Of a stretch of DNA of 64,000 nt, positions 12,801 to 25,554 are shown piece after piece. The DNA is taken from positions 8,246,001 through 8,310,000 of the forward strand of contig JAGIQG010000006.1 of the NCBI GenBank assembly GCA_024679065.1. Reading direction: 5' to 3'. The first letter of the stretch is position 1, and each line of letters opens with the position of its first letter. The notes under the pieces were generated by a model. It was not told the DNA's origin. It made no database searches and saw only the letters and a list, made by a program, of their open reading frames with translations. The DNA is from Sphyrna mokarran. Taxonomy: Eukaryota. The position numbers and the translations under genes are program-made.

Positions 12801-15089
12801 GTTACAAAGGGGCATGGATAAGCTGCAGAACTGGGCTGAGAGATGGAAAATGGAGTTTAATGTGGTAAAGTGTGAAGTGATTCACTTTGGAAGGAGTAAC
12901 AGGAATACAGGGTACTAGGCTAATGGTAAGCTACTTAGTAGTGTGGATGAGCAGAGAGATCTCGGTGTACATGTGCATAGATCCCTGAAAGTTGGCACCC
13001 AGGTTGATAAGGTTGTTCAGAAGGCATACGGTGTGTTAGGTTTCATTGGTAGAGGGATTGAATTTCAAAGAACAAAGAACAAAGAGCAACACAGCATGGG
13101 AAACAGGCCCTTCGGCCCAACGAGCACACGCCGCCGTCCGAACGTCTTGATGACATATCCTTGACTTTAGGCTATGCCTATTGTTGAAGATTCCCATATA
13201 GGGACCAATATAGGGACAATTTGTTACCCAATCAGCCTAAGAGCACATTTTTGGGATGTGGGAGGAAACCGGAGCACCCGGAGAAAACCCACGCAACCAC
13301 GGGAGAACGCGCAAACTCCCGCAGACACAGGCCCAAATCCATGTGTCTGCACAGCAACAGCGATAGTCTCTGAGCTGTCATGTTGCCCATCAGATGGTCC
13401 AGTTTAAGCATACACTGACGACGTGAAGCACTAGGCAACTCCTGAAGCAACCTCCAAGAGCAGCTCTCGCACGACATGCCGCATGCATGCCCCTTGTTGG
13501 TCAACAAGGTGGACCGAATTGCCTGCGGAAACAAATAAGACTTAATTAATCATGCTAAAAAAAAACTAAGACATTCCCGAGACGAAACTAAAAGATAGTC
13601 TACTACTATTTGGTCCTCCCGATATTCAAACAGTCCTGCTATATCCCTCTATCTGCAGACCGCTCATGTGGCTGTCCAAGAGACCCTTAAACAACCCTAG
13701 CATGCCTGCTCCCACCACCTTACTTGGCAGTGCATTCCACACCCCCACTACCCTTCGTGTGAAAAAATGCCCTCTAATATTCGTCTTATACATAGCCCCC
13801 CTCACCCTGAGCCCGTGACCCCTCGTTCTATCCATTTCTAATGGTGGAAAAAGCTTAACACCATTTACTCTATCTATACCCCTCATAATCTTATATACTT
13901 CTAAAAGATCCCCTCTCAGCCGACGTCTTTCAAGGGAAAACAACCCCAGTGTTTTCAATCTTTCCTCGTAAGACAGCCCTTCCATACCAGGCAGCATCCT
14001 GGTAAATCTCCTCTGCACTCTCTCCAGGGCCTCTACATCCTTCCTGTAGTACGGCGACCAGAACTGGATGCAGTACTCCAGATGAGGCCTAACCAACATT
14101 CTATACACCTGCAACATCAGACTCCTACTCTTGTATTCTATACCCCTTCCTATGAAGGCTAACATACCATACGCTTTTTTTATCACATTCTCCACCTGTA
14201 CTGACACCTTCAGAGACTTGTGAACTTGCACCCCCAGGTCTCTCTGCATCTCTATACTCCGGATAGGTTTACCTTTTATCCTATAACTCCCCTCTACATT
14301 ATTCCGGCCAAAATGTATCACCTCGCATTTATCCGGATTAAATTCCATTTGCCATCTATCTGCCCAATCTACCAGCCTATCTATGTCATGTTCTATTGCC
14401 AGGCACTGCTCCTCAGTACCCGCCAATCCAATCATCTTAGTGTCATCAGCAAATTTGCTGATCACACCACCTACCCCCTCTTCCAAGTCATTTATATACA
14501 CCACAATTTCGGAGCCATGAGGTCATGTTGCAGCTGTACAAAACTCTGGTGTGGTCATACTTGGAGTATTGCATACAGTTCTGGTCACCACATTATAGAA
14601 AGGATGTGGAAGTATTGGAAAGGGTGCATAGAAGTTTACCAGGATGTTGCCTGGTATGGTGGGTAGGTCTTATGAGGAAAGATTGAGGGACTTGGGGTTG
14701 TTTTCATTAGAGAGAAGAAGATTAACAAGTGATTTAATAGAGGCATACAAGATGATCAGAGGATTAGATAGGGTGGATAGTTAGAGCCTTTTTCCTCGGA
14801 TGGTGATGGCTAACACGAGGAGACATAGCTTTAAATTGAGGGAGTGATAGACATAGGACACTTATGAGAGGTAGGCTCTTTACTCAGAGGGTAGTAAGGG
14901 TATGAAGTGCCCTGCCTGCAGCAGTTGGACTCGTCAACATTAAGGGCATTTAAATGGTCATTGGATAAACATATGGATGATATTGGAATAGAGTAGATTA
15001 GATGGGTTTTAGATTGGTTTCACAGATCGGTGCAACATAAGGACCAAGGGGCCTGCACTGCGCCGTAATGTTCTACGTTCTATGTTCTC
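9870..15089 (+). mobile_element. Near full-length older CR1 LINE: ORF1 remnant (Cys/Zn-finger-like start, SGNH/GDSL esterase-like domain) and ORF2, interrupted by a nested CR1
   Basis: SCGMFEV..SCRKC at 9884-10066; decayed DSVVRG..VCCLPG..HIGTND at ~10290-10465; EN at 10880-11510; RT at 12072-13060, resuming at 14511; tail at ~15050-15089. Confidence 0.85.
13067..14504 (-). mobile_element. Young CR1 (same subfamily as 6310-9512) nested in the older CR1, with 3' module
   Basis: 292-aa RT C-terminal ORF 13626-14504 nearly identical to 8200-9080; module at 13067-13540; TSD AATTTC at 13061-13066 and 14505-14510. Confidence 0.93.
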
Positions 15090-15819
15090 TGGGGATGGGG
15101 ACATCTCACAGCCAAACAGTGGAAGGGAAGTTATGAAGGGAATTGTGCAGCAATTTGATGCAGAGACTTTGATTTGTGAGATCAACCATTAATTAATCAA
15201 TAATGAGTTGATTGAACCTTTTAGACAGGTCTTATGATGCCCAGAGAATACATACAGTTAAGAGGGAGGCCATTCAGCCCATTAGGTCTGCACTGACTCC
15301 CCGTGAAAGCATCTTACCTAGGCCCAACTCCACAATATCCCTGTAACCCAGTGCATTTACCATTGCTCCCCCATCTAATCTACACCTCTAGACATTAAGG
15401 GTAATTTAGCATGGCCAATCAACCTAACCCGCACATCTTTGGACTGTGGGAGAAACTGGAGCACCTGGAGGAAACCCATGTACATACAGGGAGAATGTGC
15501 AAACTCCACACAGACAGTGAACCAAGATCAGAATGAAAATATCATTGATTGTCGTAAAACCCACCTGGTTCATTAATGTCCTTTAGGAAATCTGTCATTC
15601 TTGCCTTGTCTGACCTACATGTGACTCCAGAGCCACAGCAATGTGGAGACTCTGAAATATCCAGCTCACATTCAGCCCAAGGATGATTAAGGATCAAAGA
15701 ATCCCAACCGTGTAGAAGGAAGTTTTACAGCCCACTGAGTCTGCACTAACTCTCTGACAGAGTATCTTATCTATGCCCACTCCCTCACCCTATCCCTCTA
15801 ACCCCACACACTTAAATCT

Positions 15820-16915
15820 CACAGGATCCAGGGTGAAATCAATACAAAATCGGCTTCTGACAGATAGTTGTAGAGGGTTGTTTTTCAAACTGGAAGCCTG
15901 TGATCAGCGGTGTGCCTCAGGGATCAGTGCTGGGTCCACTGTTACTTGTCATTTATGTTAATGATTTGGATGAGAATAGAGGAATCATGGTTAGTAAGTT
16001 TGCAGATGATACCAAAATTAGTGGCATAGTGAACAGTGAAGAAAGTTATCTTCAATTACAACAGAATCTTGATCAATTGGGCCAGTGGGCTGACGAATGG
16101 CAGATGGAGTTTAATTTAGATAAATGCGAGGTAATGCATTTTGGTAGATTGAACCAGGATAGGACTTATTCAGTTAATGTTTGACATTGGGGAGAGTTAC
16201 AGAACAGAGAGATCTAGGGATACATGTTCATTGCTCCTTGAAAGTGGAGTCACAGGTGGACAGAGTGATGAAGAAGGCATTCGGCATATTTGGTTTCAAG
16301 AATCAGAACATTGAATACAGAAGTTGGGATGCCTTGTTGAAGTTGTACAAGACATTGGTAAGGCCACATTTGGAATACTGTGAGCAATTCTGGTCACCCC
16401 ATTATAGAAAGGATATTATTAAACTAGAAAGAGTGCAGAAAAGATTTACTAGAATGCTACCGGGACTTGATGGATTGAGTTATAAGGGAAGGCTGGATAG
16501 ACTGGGATGTTTCTCTCTGGAGCATAGAAAGCTGAGGAGTGACCTTATAGAGATCTATAAAATAATGAGGGGCATAGATCAGCGAGATAGTCAATATCTT
16601 TTCCCAAACGTAGGGGAGCTTAAAACATAGGTTTGGGGTGAGAGGGGAGAGATACAAAAGTATCCAGAAGGGCAATATTTTCACACAGAGAATGGTGAGT
16701 GTCTGGAACAAGCTGCCCGAGGTAGTAGTAGAGGCAAGTACAATTTTGTCTTTTAAAAAGCATTTAGATAGTTACATGGGTACGATGGGGATAGAGGGAT
16801 AAGGGCCAAATGTGGGCAATTGGGATTAGCTTAAGGGTTTTAAAAAGAAAAAGGGCAGCATAGACAAGTTGGACTGAGGGGCCTGTTTCCATGCTGTAAA
16901 CCTCTATGAGTCTAT
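15820..16915 (+). mobile_element. CR1 LINE 3' portion (same family as 3392-4925)
   Basis: ORFs 15900-16184 and 16181-16630 carry GVPQGSVLGP, FADD and RPHLEYC. Confidence 0.9.
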
Positions 16916-17479
16916 GACCTACAATGGCTAATCCCTCTAACCTACACATCCTGGGACACTAAGGAGCAATTTAGCACAGCCAATCCACCTAATCCGCAAA
17001 ACTTTAGACTGTGGGAGGAAACCAAAGCACCCCGAAGAAACCCACGCAGACACAAGGAGAATGTGCAGACTCTGCACAGTGACCCAAGGCCAGAATTGAA
17101 CCCAGGTCCTTGAGTCTGTGAAGCAGCACTGTTAACCACTGTGAGAAATGAATGCCAGCGATGCTCAAATCTCATGAAAGAATAAAGTAGAAAGGAACCC
17201 CCACCCAACCCCCACAGTGCTGCTAGGGAAGTAGCTCCAGGATTTTGACCCAGCGACAGTGAGGGAATGGCGATATATTCCTAAGTCAGGATGGTGAGTG
17301 ATAAGGAGGGGAACTTCCAGGTGATGGTGTTCCCAGGTATCTGCTGCCCTTGTCTTTCCAGGTGGTGACGGTGAGGTTTAGAAGGCGTTGACTTGGCAAA
17401 CTGTAGCTGTAGTTTTTCTATGATAAGCTGTTGCCGTGTATCATATTCATTCATTCATGGCAGACGCTCTGGGATTTGA

Positions 17480-17990
17480 TAGGAGATGGAAACTGAGGGA
17501 ACTGCAGAGGATATAGTACTCGGAATCACTGGTTCGGAGTTTCCCCGGGGGGTCAGCGAGAACGGATGTCAAATGATATTTAACTAAGTAGGTATTTGAA
17601 TTTGGGCTTTCCAGCCTTCCCCCTAGAGATTAAAAAAACACCCAAATTTCACACGGAGTACAATGACAGAGCAGACTGCAAGAACAGAGCTGGACCTGCA
17701 ATAATGTAAAAACGCTTTCTTCAGAGCCAAATTCCTGGTGTTCGGGAAGTGACGTTTCCTGAGGGATTTTCCTATAAGGGGCACTCAATTTCTTAAGTCC
17801 CATCCTTCAATATTCACCCTTTCCCCTGATGCGCACACACACACACACAAAAATAAATGCTATAACCACCCCTAATAATGAATTAACCAGAAATAAAATG
17901 GCATTGAATCTATCCCCACCTCCTCACAGAATTTCCCAAAGAAAGTTTTGCCAAACACGGGGGAAAGAATAATTTCCCATCACAGGAGAA
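17480..17990. promoter_or_regulatory. Possible upstream enhancer (unique sequence with ETS and NF-kB-like sites)
   Basis: Non-repetitive island containing GGAGTTTCCCC (~17536), CGGGAAGTGACG (~17743) and GGGATTTTCC (17763-17772); motif match only. Confidence 0.3.
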
Positions 17991-18039
17991 ATAAAATGAA
18001 AGTAATTAAAAATCAGCTTTACTGCCCAAGGTCAGATCT

Positions 18040-18920
18040 GGGTGACACGGTGATTAGCACGGCTGCCTCACAGCGCCAGGGACCCGGGTTCAATTCCAGC
18101 TACGGGTCACTGTCTGAGTGGAGTCTGCACGTTCTAATACAGCTAAACGGGAAAGAGTGCAGAAAAAATTTACCCGGATGATACTGGGACTTGACGATTT
18201 GAGTTATGAGAGGCTGGATAGATTGCGACTTTTTTCTCTACAGTGCACACAGCTGAGGGGTGATCTTAAATAAGTCTATAAAACAATGAGAGGCACAGAT
18301 CAGCCAGATAGTCAATATCTTCTTCCAAATGTAGGGGAGTCTAAAACTAGAGGGCATAGGTTTAAGATGAGAGGGAAGAGATATAAAAGTGTCCAGAGGG
18401 ACAATTTGTTCACACAGAGTGTGATGAGTGTCTGGAACAAGCTGCCAGAGGTAGTAATAGAGGTGGATACAATTTTGTTTTTTAAAAATTAGATAGTTAT
18501 ATGGATATGGTGGGTATAGAGGGATATGGGCCAAATGCAGGCAACTGGAATTAGCTGTGGGTTTTTAAAAAACAGGTGGCATGAACAAAGAACAAAGAAC
18601 AACATAGCACGGGAAACAGGCCCTTCGGCCCAACGAGCCCGCGCCGCCGTCCTAATGTCTTAATGACCGAAGGGCCTGTTTCCATGCTGTAAACCTCTAT
18701 GACTCCATTCTCCCTGTGTCTCTGTGGGTTTCCTCTGGACACTCCGGCTCCCTCCCACATTCCAAAGATGTGTGGGTTAGGTTGATTGGCTGTGTTAAAT
18801 CGATCCTAGTGTTGGGAGATTACTGGGATAAATGTGTAGGGTTACGGGAATTGGTGGGATTGTGATCGGTGCTGGCTTGATGGGCCGAATAGCCTCTTCC
18901 CGCACTGTAGGGATTCTAGG
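18040..18920 (+). mobile_element. HE1-like SINE split by a CR1 3' fragment (~18136-18705), which itself holds an inverted 80-nt tail of the module-bearing CR1 (~18583-18667)
   Basis: SINE head ends ..GCACGTTCT at ~18135 and resumes TTCTCCCTGTG at ~18708; the inner tail matches 9431-9512 in reverse. Confidence 0.75.
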
Positions 18921-19254
18921 TTCTGTGTTAAAGGAGGGTGCCTGATGTTAAAAAAAAACAAGAGGGAAACAAGAATACAGATCCCAACTGTTTTCTTTCC
19001 TTCTGGGTTTCCAAAACTTTCTGCGGTTTATTTTCATGATATCTGCTGAATGAACCCAGCTGCTAAACATGTGAACATTTGGGGTTTTGTTCTGAGGAAC
19101 TGGAGATTTCTCACTTCTCTAAATATGAAACAAGCAAGTCCCCCCACCCCAGCATCAGCCAGGCTAGGGGAACAGGGTCAGTCACAGGATTTCAGGTGAC
19201 GGGACAGACTTTGATTTACCCTGAGACTGACTCGAGGGATTTTTTTTGGCTGTT

Positions 19255-19350
19255 CCCTCTGAGTCACTCCTTAGCAATTTGTTACTTTCAGTTTACCAGC
19301 GCTGTCTCTCTCTATCACATCAGAGAGGAGGAAGTGAAGTGACTTCCTGG
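19255..19350 (+). promoter_or_regulatory. Putative TATA-less myeloid-type promoter of the Siglec-like gene
   Basis: TGAGTCA (AP-1) 19260-19266, ACTTTCAGTTT (IRF/ISRE-like) 19284-19294, GAGGAAGTG (PU.1) 19328-19336, ACTTCCTG (ETS) 19342-19349, all within 140 nt of the ATG. Confidence 0.5.
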
Positions 19351-19395
19351 TTAGAGAGTGAGAGATTGTTCAGACACTGCGGATACGGCGTGAAG

Positions 19396-19441
19396 ATGAA
19401 GGCTGTGTCTCTGCTGCTGTTACTGTCTGTGCCTGTTCTGG
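19396..19441 (+). CDS. SIGLEC15-like: Siglec-15-like gene, coding exon 1 (signal peptide MKAVSLLLLLSVPVL)
   Basis: ATG at 19396 in AAGATGA context, hydrophobic leader, phase-1 donor G|GTATGT at 19441/19442; splices in frame to the V-set exon. Confidence 0.85.
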
Positions 19442-20979
19442 GTATGTACTGAGCACTGCCACTCTCTCTGTAACTGACTGACCAAGGGAGGTTGAGTAAG
19501 CAAATGGGGAATCGAAACAGAAAGTGCTGGAGAAATCAAACCAGTTTAGCAGTGTCTGTGGAGAGAGTTAGTTAACCTTTGGAAATCAGTGTAATCCTGC
19601 TGGGGATGGCGTGGTGGTCAGCACTGCTGCCTCACAACACTTGGATGTGACTGTGTGGAGTCTCTCGATGTCTGTGCGAGTTTCCTCCGGCTGCTCCGGT
19701 TTCTTCCCACACTCCAAAGGTCTGCAAGTTAGGTGGATTGGCTATGCTAAATTGTCCCCTTGCGTCCAGAGATGTGTAGATTAGGAGGCACCATTGACTC
19801 TGTCTATATCTCTCGCTGTCTCAGCCAAGCAGCCAGTATAGTTAAGGACCCCACGTGCTCCGAACTTTCTCTCTTCCACCTTCTTCCTTCGGGAAAAAGA
19901 TACAAAAGTCTGAGGTCACGTACCAACCAACTCAAGAACAGCTTCTTTCCTGCTGCTGTCAGACTTTTGAGTAGACCTACCTTGCATTAAGTTGCTCTCT
20001 TTCTACACCCTAGCTATGGCTGTAACACTATGTTCTGCATTCTCTCATTTTCTTCTCTATGAACAGTATGTTTTGTCTGTACAGCACGCAAGAAACAATA
20101 CTTTTCGTTGTATGCTAATACATGTGACAATGATAAATCAAATCAGATTAGAATGGAGTTGTGGGGATATGATGGGAAGAGGAGGGATTGGTTGGCCCTG
20201 GATAAGATGCTCTTTCAGAGGGACAATGTTGATTCAATGGGCCGAATGGCCTCCTTCTGATGATAGGGATTCTATGGTTCTATTGCGGGATTAGAGAGGG
20301 AGACTGTGTTCAGTAAATTCACTAATTTGTAAAGATCAAGAAAGATTTGTTAGTAAAAGATATAGTGGAATTTCTGTTTCTCTCCCTCTCTGTCTTTCTC
20401 ACTGTCTGTCCCTCCCCTTGTCTGTTGTTTTTTTCTGTTTTCTGTACCCCCCCACCGCTGGTCTTCAGCTTTTTTCTACAAATAATCCAGAAACCCAGAT
20501 TGAAGCTCTGGTGAAGCAGATTCGAATCCCACCACAGCAGATGTAATTTAAATTCAAACAATGAAATCTGGGTTTAAAAACTAATCTCAATAAGAATGTC
20601 CATGAAACCATTATTAATTGTCAGATAAACCTATTTGGTTCACTAATGTCCTTTAGGGAAGGAAATCTGCTGTCTTTACCCGGTCTGGCCTACAGTAACT
20701 CCAGGGCCACAGCGATGTGATTGACTCTCTGCTGCCCTCTGAAATGGTTCAGTCAGACCCTCACTTGTATCAATCACTCGCTTACCATCACCTTCTCAAC
20801 TAAGGACGGGCAGCAAATGGTGGTCTCCCAGCCACACCCATGTCTAACTTATATTATCTGAACGGAGTTGTTGCAGTGCTTGGTGTTTATGTTTAGAAAA
20901 TGCTAACAGGATGAGACAGGATAGATTCAGAAAGAATATTCCCGATGATGGGGGAGTCCAGAACTAGAGGTCACAGTTT

Positions 20980-21500
20980 GAGAGTCACAGAGTCATAGAG
21001 GTTTACAGCATGGAAACAGGCCCTTCAGCCCAAATTGTCCATGCCATCTCTTTTTTTAAACCCCTAAGCTAATCCCAATTGCCCGCATTTGGCTCATATC
21101 CCTCTATACCTATTGTACCCATGTAACTATGTAAATGCTTTTTAAAAGTCAAAATTGTACCCGCCTCTACTACTACCTCTGGCAACTTGTTCCAGACACT
21201 CACCACCCTCTGTGTGAAAATTTGCCCCTCTGGACGCTTTTGCATCTCTCCCCTCTCACCTTAAAACTATGCCCTCTGGTTTTAGATTCCCCTATCTTTG
21301 GGAAAGGATATTGACTATCTAGCTAATCAGTGCCCCTCATTTTCTCAATCTCTACAATGACCCTCAGCCTGCTACGCTCCAGAGAAAAAAGTCCCAGTCT
21401 ATCCAGCTTCTCCTCATAACTCAATCCACCAAGTCCCGGCAGCATCCTAGCAAAACCTTTTCTGTACTCTTTCTAGTTCAATAAAATCCTTTCTACAAAG
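20980..21500 (-). mobile_element. CR1 3' fragment
   Basis: Near-identical to 3392-3900. Confidence 0.85.
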
Positions 21501-22074
21501 AGATTTGAAAACAAGAGTGGAAATTTTAAAATCAAGACATTGTTCGACCAGATGCTAATGTGGGTCAGAGATCACAGAGAGTGATAGGGGAACAGGACTT
21601 GGGCCGGTTAAAACAGAGATGAAGTCAAGTTGATAGAACATGGGAGAACAGCCAAGGGAGATGGATAGACATTGATATGAAATATAAACTCTGTTTCTCT
21701 CTCCCAAGTCACTGCCTGAGCAGCATATCCTGTGTTTATTTCAGATTTCCAGCATCCACAGTCTTGAGCTGGATAAACATGTGCGAGATGAGGGATTATT
21801 GTCTATGCCCATATTTCTAAAGTTTAGGCAAAGTATCTCCTTGGAACATATAACATTCTATCAGAGCTCAAGAGCGGAGGTGCTGATTTCCATTCTCATC
21901 AGGAGAAGCTAGAATGAAGGCCACAGTTTCAGAATAAAGGGTTAGTTATTGGAGGCTGAGATGAGAACTTTCTTCATTGCAAGCATTGTGATTTTTTTTG
22001 GAATTCCCTACTGCAGAGGGACATGAATTCTGGTCGTGCAGGGGAGGTTGATTGGCTATGTTACATTTCGTAGG

Positions 22075-22355
22075 ATCATAGAATTATGAAATCGGCCCAT
22101 TGAGTCTGCACTGGCCACAATTCCATCCAGGCCCTATCCCCATAACCCCATACGTTTTCCCTAGTTAGTCCTTCTGATACTAAAGGGCAATTTAGCATGG
22201 CCAATCTACCTAACATGCACATTTTTGGAGAACACGAGGAAACCGGACAACTGGAGGAAACCCACCCAGACACGGGGAGAATATGCAAACTCTACACTGA
22301 CAGTGACCCGAGCTGGGATTCGAACCTGGTGTCCCTGGCAGCGTGAGGCAGCAGT
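22075..22355 (-). mobile_element. HE1-like V-SINE
   Basis: tRNA-like head, V-domain and tail on the minus strand. Confidence 0.8.
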
Positions 22356-23968
22356 ATCATCCCTTCGTGTCCCAAAATATGTAGGCTGGGGAGATTAGCG
22401 GTATAAATATGTGGGGTTAGGGGGATAAGGATTGGGTAAGATGTTCTGTTGGAGAGTTGGTGCAGACTCAATGGGCCGAATGGCCTCTGATTGCACTTTG
22501 GGGATTCTATGATTCACCCATGTTCTAAGGACAGGAAATTCTGTCCAATGAGAGCAATGGGGAATCCCCGACTGTGTCCTATCTCCACGTGAAAAAATGT
22601 AACCTGACTTCATGGTGGTGGAGTTATTTAAATTCCAGAAATATTTTCAGAGTTTGGGGGTTTTTCATTCTGTAACCCTGACTTCAAAACAAAAGCCTAG
22701 TCACTTGCAAAGCCTTGCTACTGTGTGGGCTTTGTTGAGTGTCGCACCTACCAGATGATTTGTTTCCTTTGAACACTCTTTCTCACACCGCTGAGGGATA
22801 TGGAAAGGAGTTGTGGCTTTGCCACAATGAAGGAAGTCTCTCACGCTACACACCAGCGTTGGTTAACTGGAAATTTAAAGCTAAATTTATTCCTGCCTTG
22901 TGATCTCGAGGCTTCTCATCAGAGTCTGAATCATACAGCGAAGATGGTAACCATTTGACCCATCATGGCAATGCTAGCCCTTGATATCACAGGATGGTCA
23001 CAGCATGAAAGGAGTCCATTCGGCCTCTCATAAGCAGTCTGGCTCCTTTAAAATACAATTCACCTAGTTCCCCTCCCCCACAACCTTTCCCCGTAAATCT
23101 GCCAATTTTTCACTTCATGTATTTATCTGGTTCTCTTTGAGTCTGCTTCCACCACATTCTCAGTACACTCCAGATCCTCCCTGAGGAAGGATAGATTTTC
23201 TCCTGAGGCCTTTGATTTTTTAGGCCAATTACGTTAAACTCTGTCCTCCCAGCAGTTTTTCAAGAAGTTAAAATTGCAGAATTAAAAACGCTAATTTCTG
23301 GAATCCAGTGGAATTTGAACGCTTCAGTCACCGTAAATTCAATGGCCCAGTTTGTTCATGAGTGGTGGATTATAGTGGACTTTCCCCACTGTGATCATTG
23401 CTTACACAGACAAGAGCATGATAAACAGTAGGCTACTCAGCCCTTTGAGGCTGTTCCAATACTCAATGATATCACAGCTGGCAGCCACACCAGTCAGTGG
23501 GCCAATTGAGACCTTTTGGTGGACAACTAATGCCCGCTAAAGGGGCTCATTCCAGTGCCGCGCTGGCATTACACTGGTGGTGGGAGTACTTCAGGCCAAG
23601 TGGTTGGTCCTGTGCGGGCTGGCGGTAGTGGGTGGGAATGGGGGTAAGCGGGGTGGGGGGGTGTGAAATTCGCCATGACAGGCTCCCACTGAACCCCACC
23701 AAGGTGTAACACCCTCCCCCTCCAATCACGGCCTCTCAAACCTCTAATCACTGACTCAGTCCCTCTGGTTCTTAACTCTTCTGTGAGTTTCTCCCGATCT
23801 ACTGTTACGATTTTCAACACCTGTATAAATCTCCTCTTAAGCTTCTCTCCTCTAAGGAGAACATGGCTGTTTGGAGAATATTGGCCTCCCTCTGGGGTTG
23901 ATGGGAAAGCAGAGTGATGTTACTGGTATGAAGGCAGTTTATTGACACTTTGCATTTTGGAATTGCAG

Positions 23969-24373
23969 TAAGAAGCAATGTAGAGTCAGTGTCCGTGGAA
24001 GTGCCGGCGAGTGTGAGTGGGACAGTCGGACACTCCGTCCTGCTGCCGTGCAAGTTCACCTCCCCCTTTATGAGTTACACGACTTTTGAGATTTCCGTCA
24101 TCTGGAAAATGAAGACGTTTTACAAAGGGCCAGTTCTCTTCAACTCGACAAACAAAGTCAGGAGCCAGGAAACATTCGAGAACGTCGTTCACACAAATGT
24201 CAACGGCCGCTACAGATTGGCCGGGGACCCCAGGAAAAACAACGCTTCGTTAGAACTGAGGAGCGCCACCTTGGAGGACAACAATCAGTACTTCTGCCGA
24301 GTGGAAATCAAACGTAAGGGATTACCGCCTTACATGCGGGAAACCAACCCCGGAATCACCCTGAAAATAACAG
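23969..24373 (+). CDS. SIGLEC15-like: Siglec-15-like gene, exon 2: Ig V-set sialic-acid-binding domain
   Basis: Acceptor ttgcag| at 23968, donor ACAG|GTAAAC at 24373, phase 1/1. Translation ...VLLPCKFT...VIWK...GRYRLAGDPRKNNASLEL...DNNQYFCRVE... matches the Siglec-15 pattern (GRFRLLGNPRRNDLSL...YFCRVE, recalled); essential Arg codon CGA at 24298-24300. Confidence 0.92.
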
Positions 24374-25554
24374 GTAAACTCAACATTAATTGCTGGGGTT
24401 TGGGCAGAGATACTGATTAGAGTTAGATCAGTCTGACAGATGGGTGAAAATATCTCCCTCCTGCTCTGAGATCCTCTGTGACATGCAACGCTCTGGAGAT
24501 GTTATACGAGGTTGACGGGGTCATTGCTCCTTCTCCATGATCTTTGTGTCCTTTGACATGGTCAGTCGCCCCTCCAATGTCTGTCCCTCCATTGCCCAGT
24601 GTATTTTCACTGGCCTTCAGGCAGACATGCCGAGTGGATGGTCCATCCTGAGGTCTCCAGCAATCCAGATGTTTATCTCCAGCTAATCCCATTCATTCTG
24701 TTTAATATGGAGATAGGGCTGAAGGTACTGGATACACAAAGGCAGTGGGTCCTGACAATGTTCCAGCAATAGTACTGAAGACTTTCTGTGCCCCTAGCCA
24801 GCACAGTTACAATTTCTGCAAGAATAAGTGAGAAAATGCTCTTGGAGAGAAAGGGATCAAAGAATATGGGGGAGGGCAGATCAGAGCTGGATGATTAGCC
24901 ATGATCATAATGAATGGGGGAGTAAGTTTGAAGAGCTGAATGGCCTCTTTCCTTTCTATTCTCAGTGTTTCTAACATGGGCATCTACCTAACAATGTGGA
25001 CAATTGCTCAGGAATAACCTGTACACAAGGAACAGGTCAAATCCAATCCAACCAATTATTGCCCCATTAGTCTACTCACAATCATCAGTAAAGTGAATGG
25101 AAGTTTAAGTTTATTTATTAATCTTGCAAGTAGATTTACATTAACACTGCAATGAAGTTACTGGGAAAATCCACAAACTGATACCTGTTCGGGTACACTG
25201 AGGGAGAATTTAGCATGGCCAATGCACCCTAACCAGCACATCTTTCAGACTGTGCAAGAAAACCAGAGCACATAGAGGAAACCCACACAGACACAGGGAG
25301 AATGTGCAAACACTGCACAGACAGTGACCCGAGCTGGGAATTGAACCTGGGTCCTTGGTGCTGCAGGGATCATTGGTAGTGCTATCGAGTGGCACTTACT
25401 GAGCAATAACCTGCTTCCTGATGCACAGTTTGGGTTCCAGCAAAGTCTCTCAGTTCCTGATCTCAATATTGGTTCGAACATGGACAAAAACGCTGAACTC
25501 CACTTGCCCTTGGATCAAGACACTAATAACTTTCCAAAAATGCTGAATAATCCA

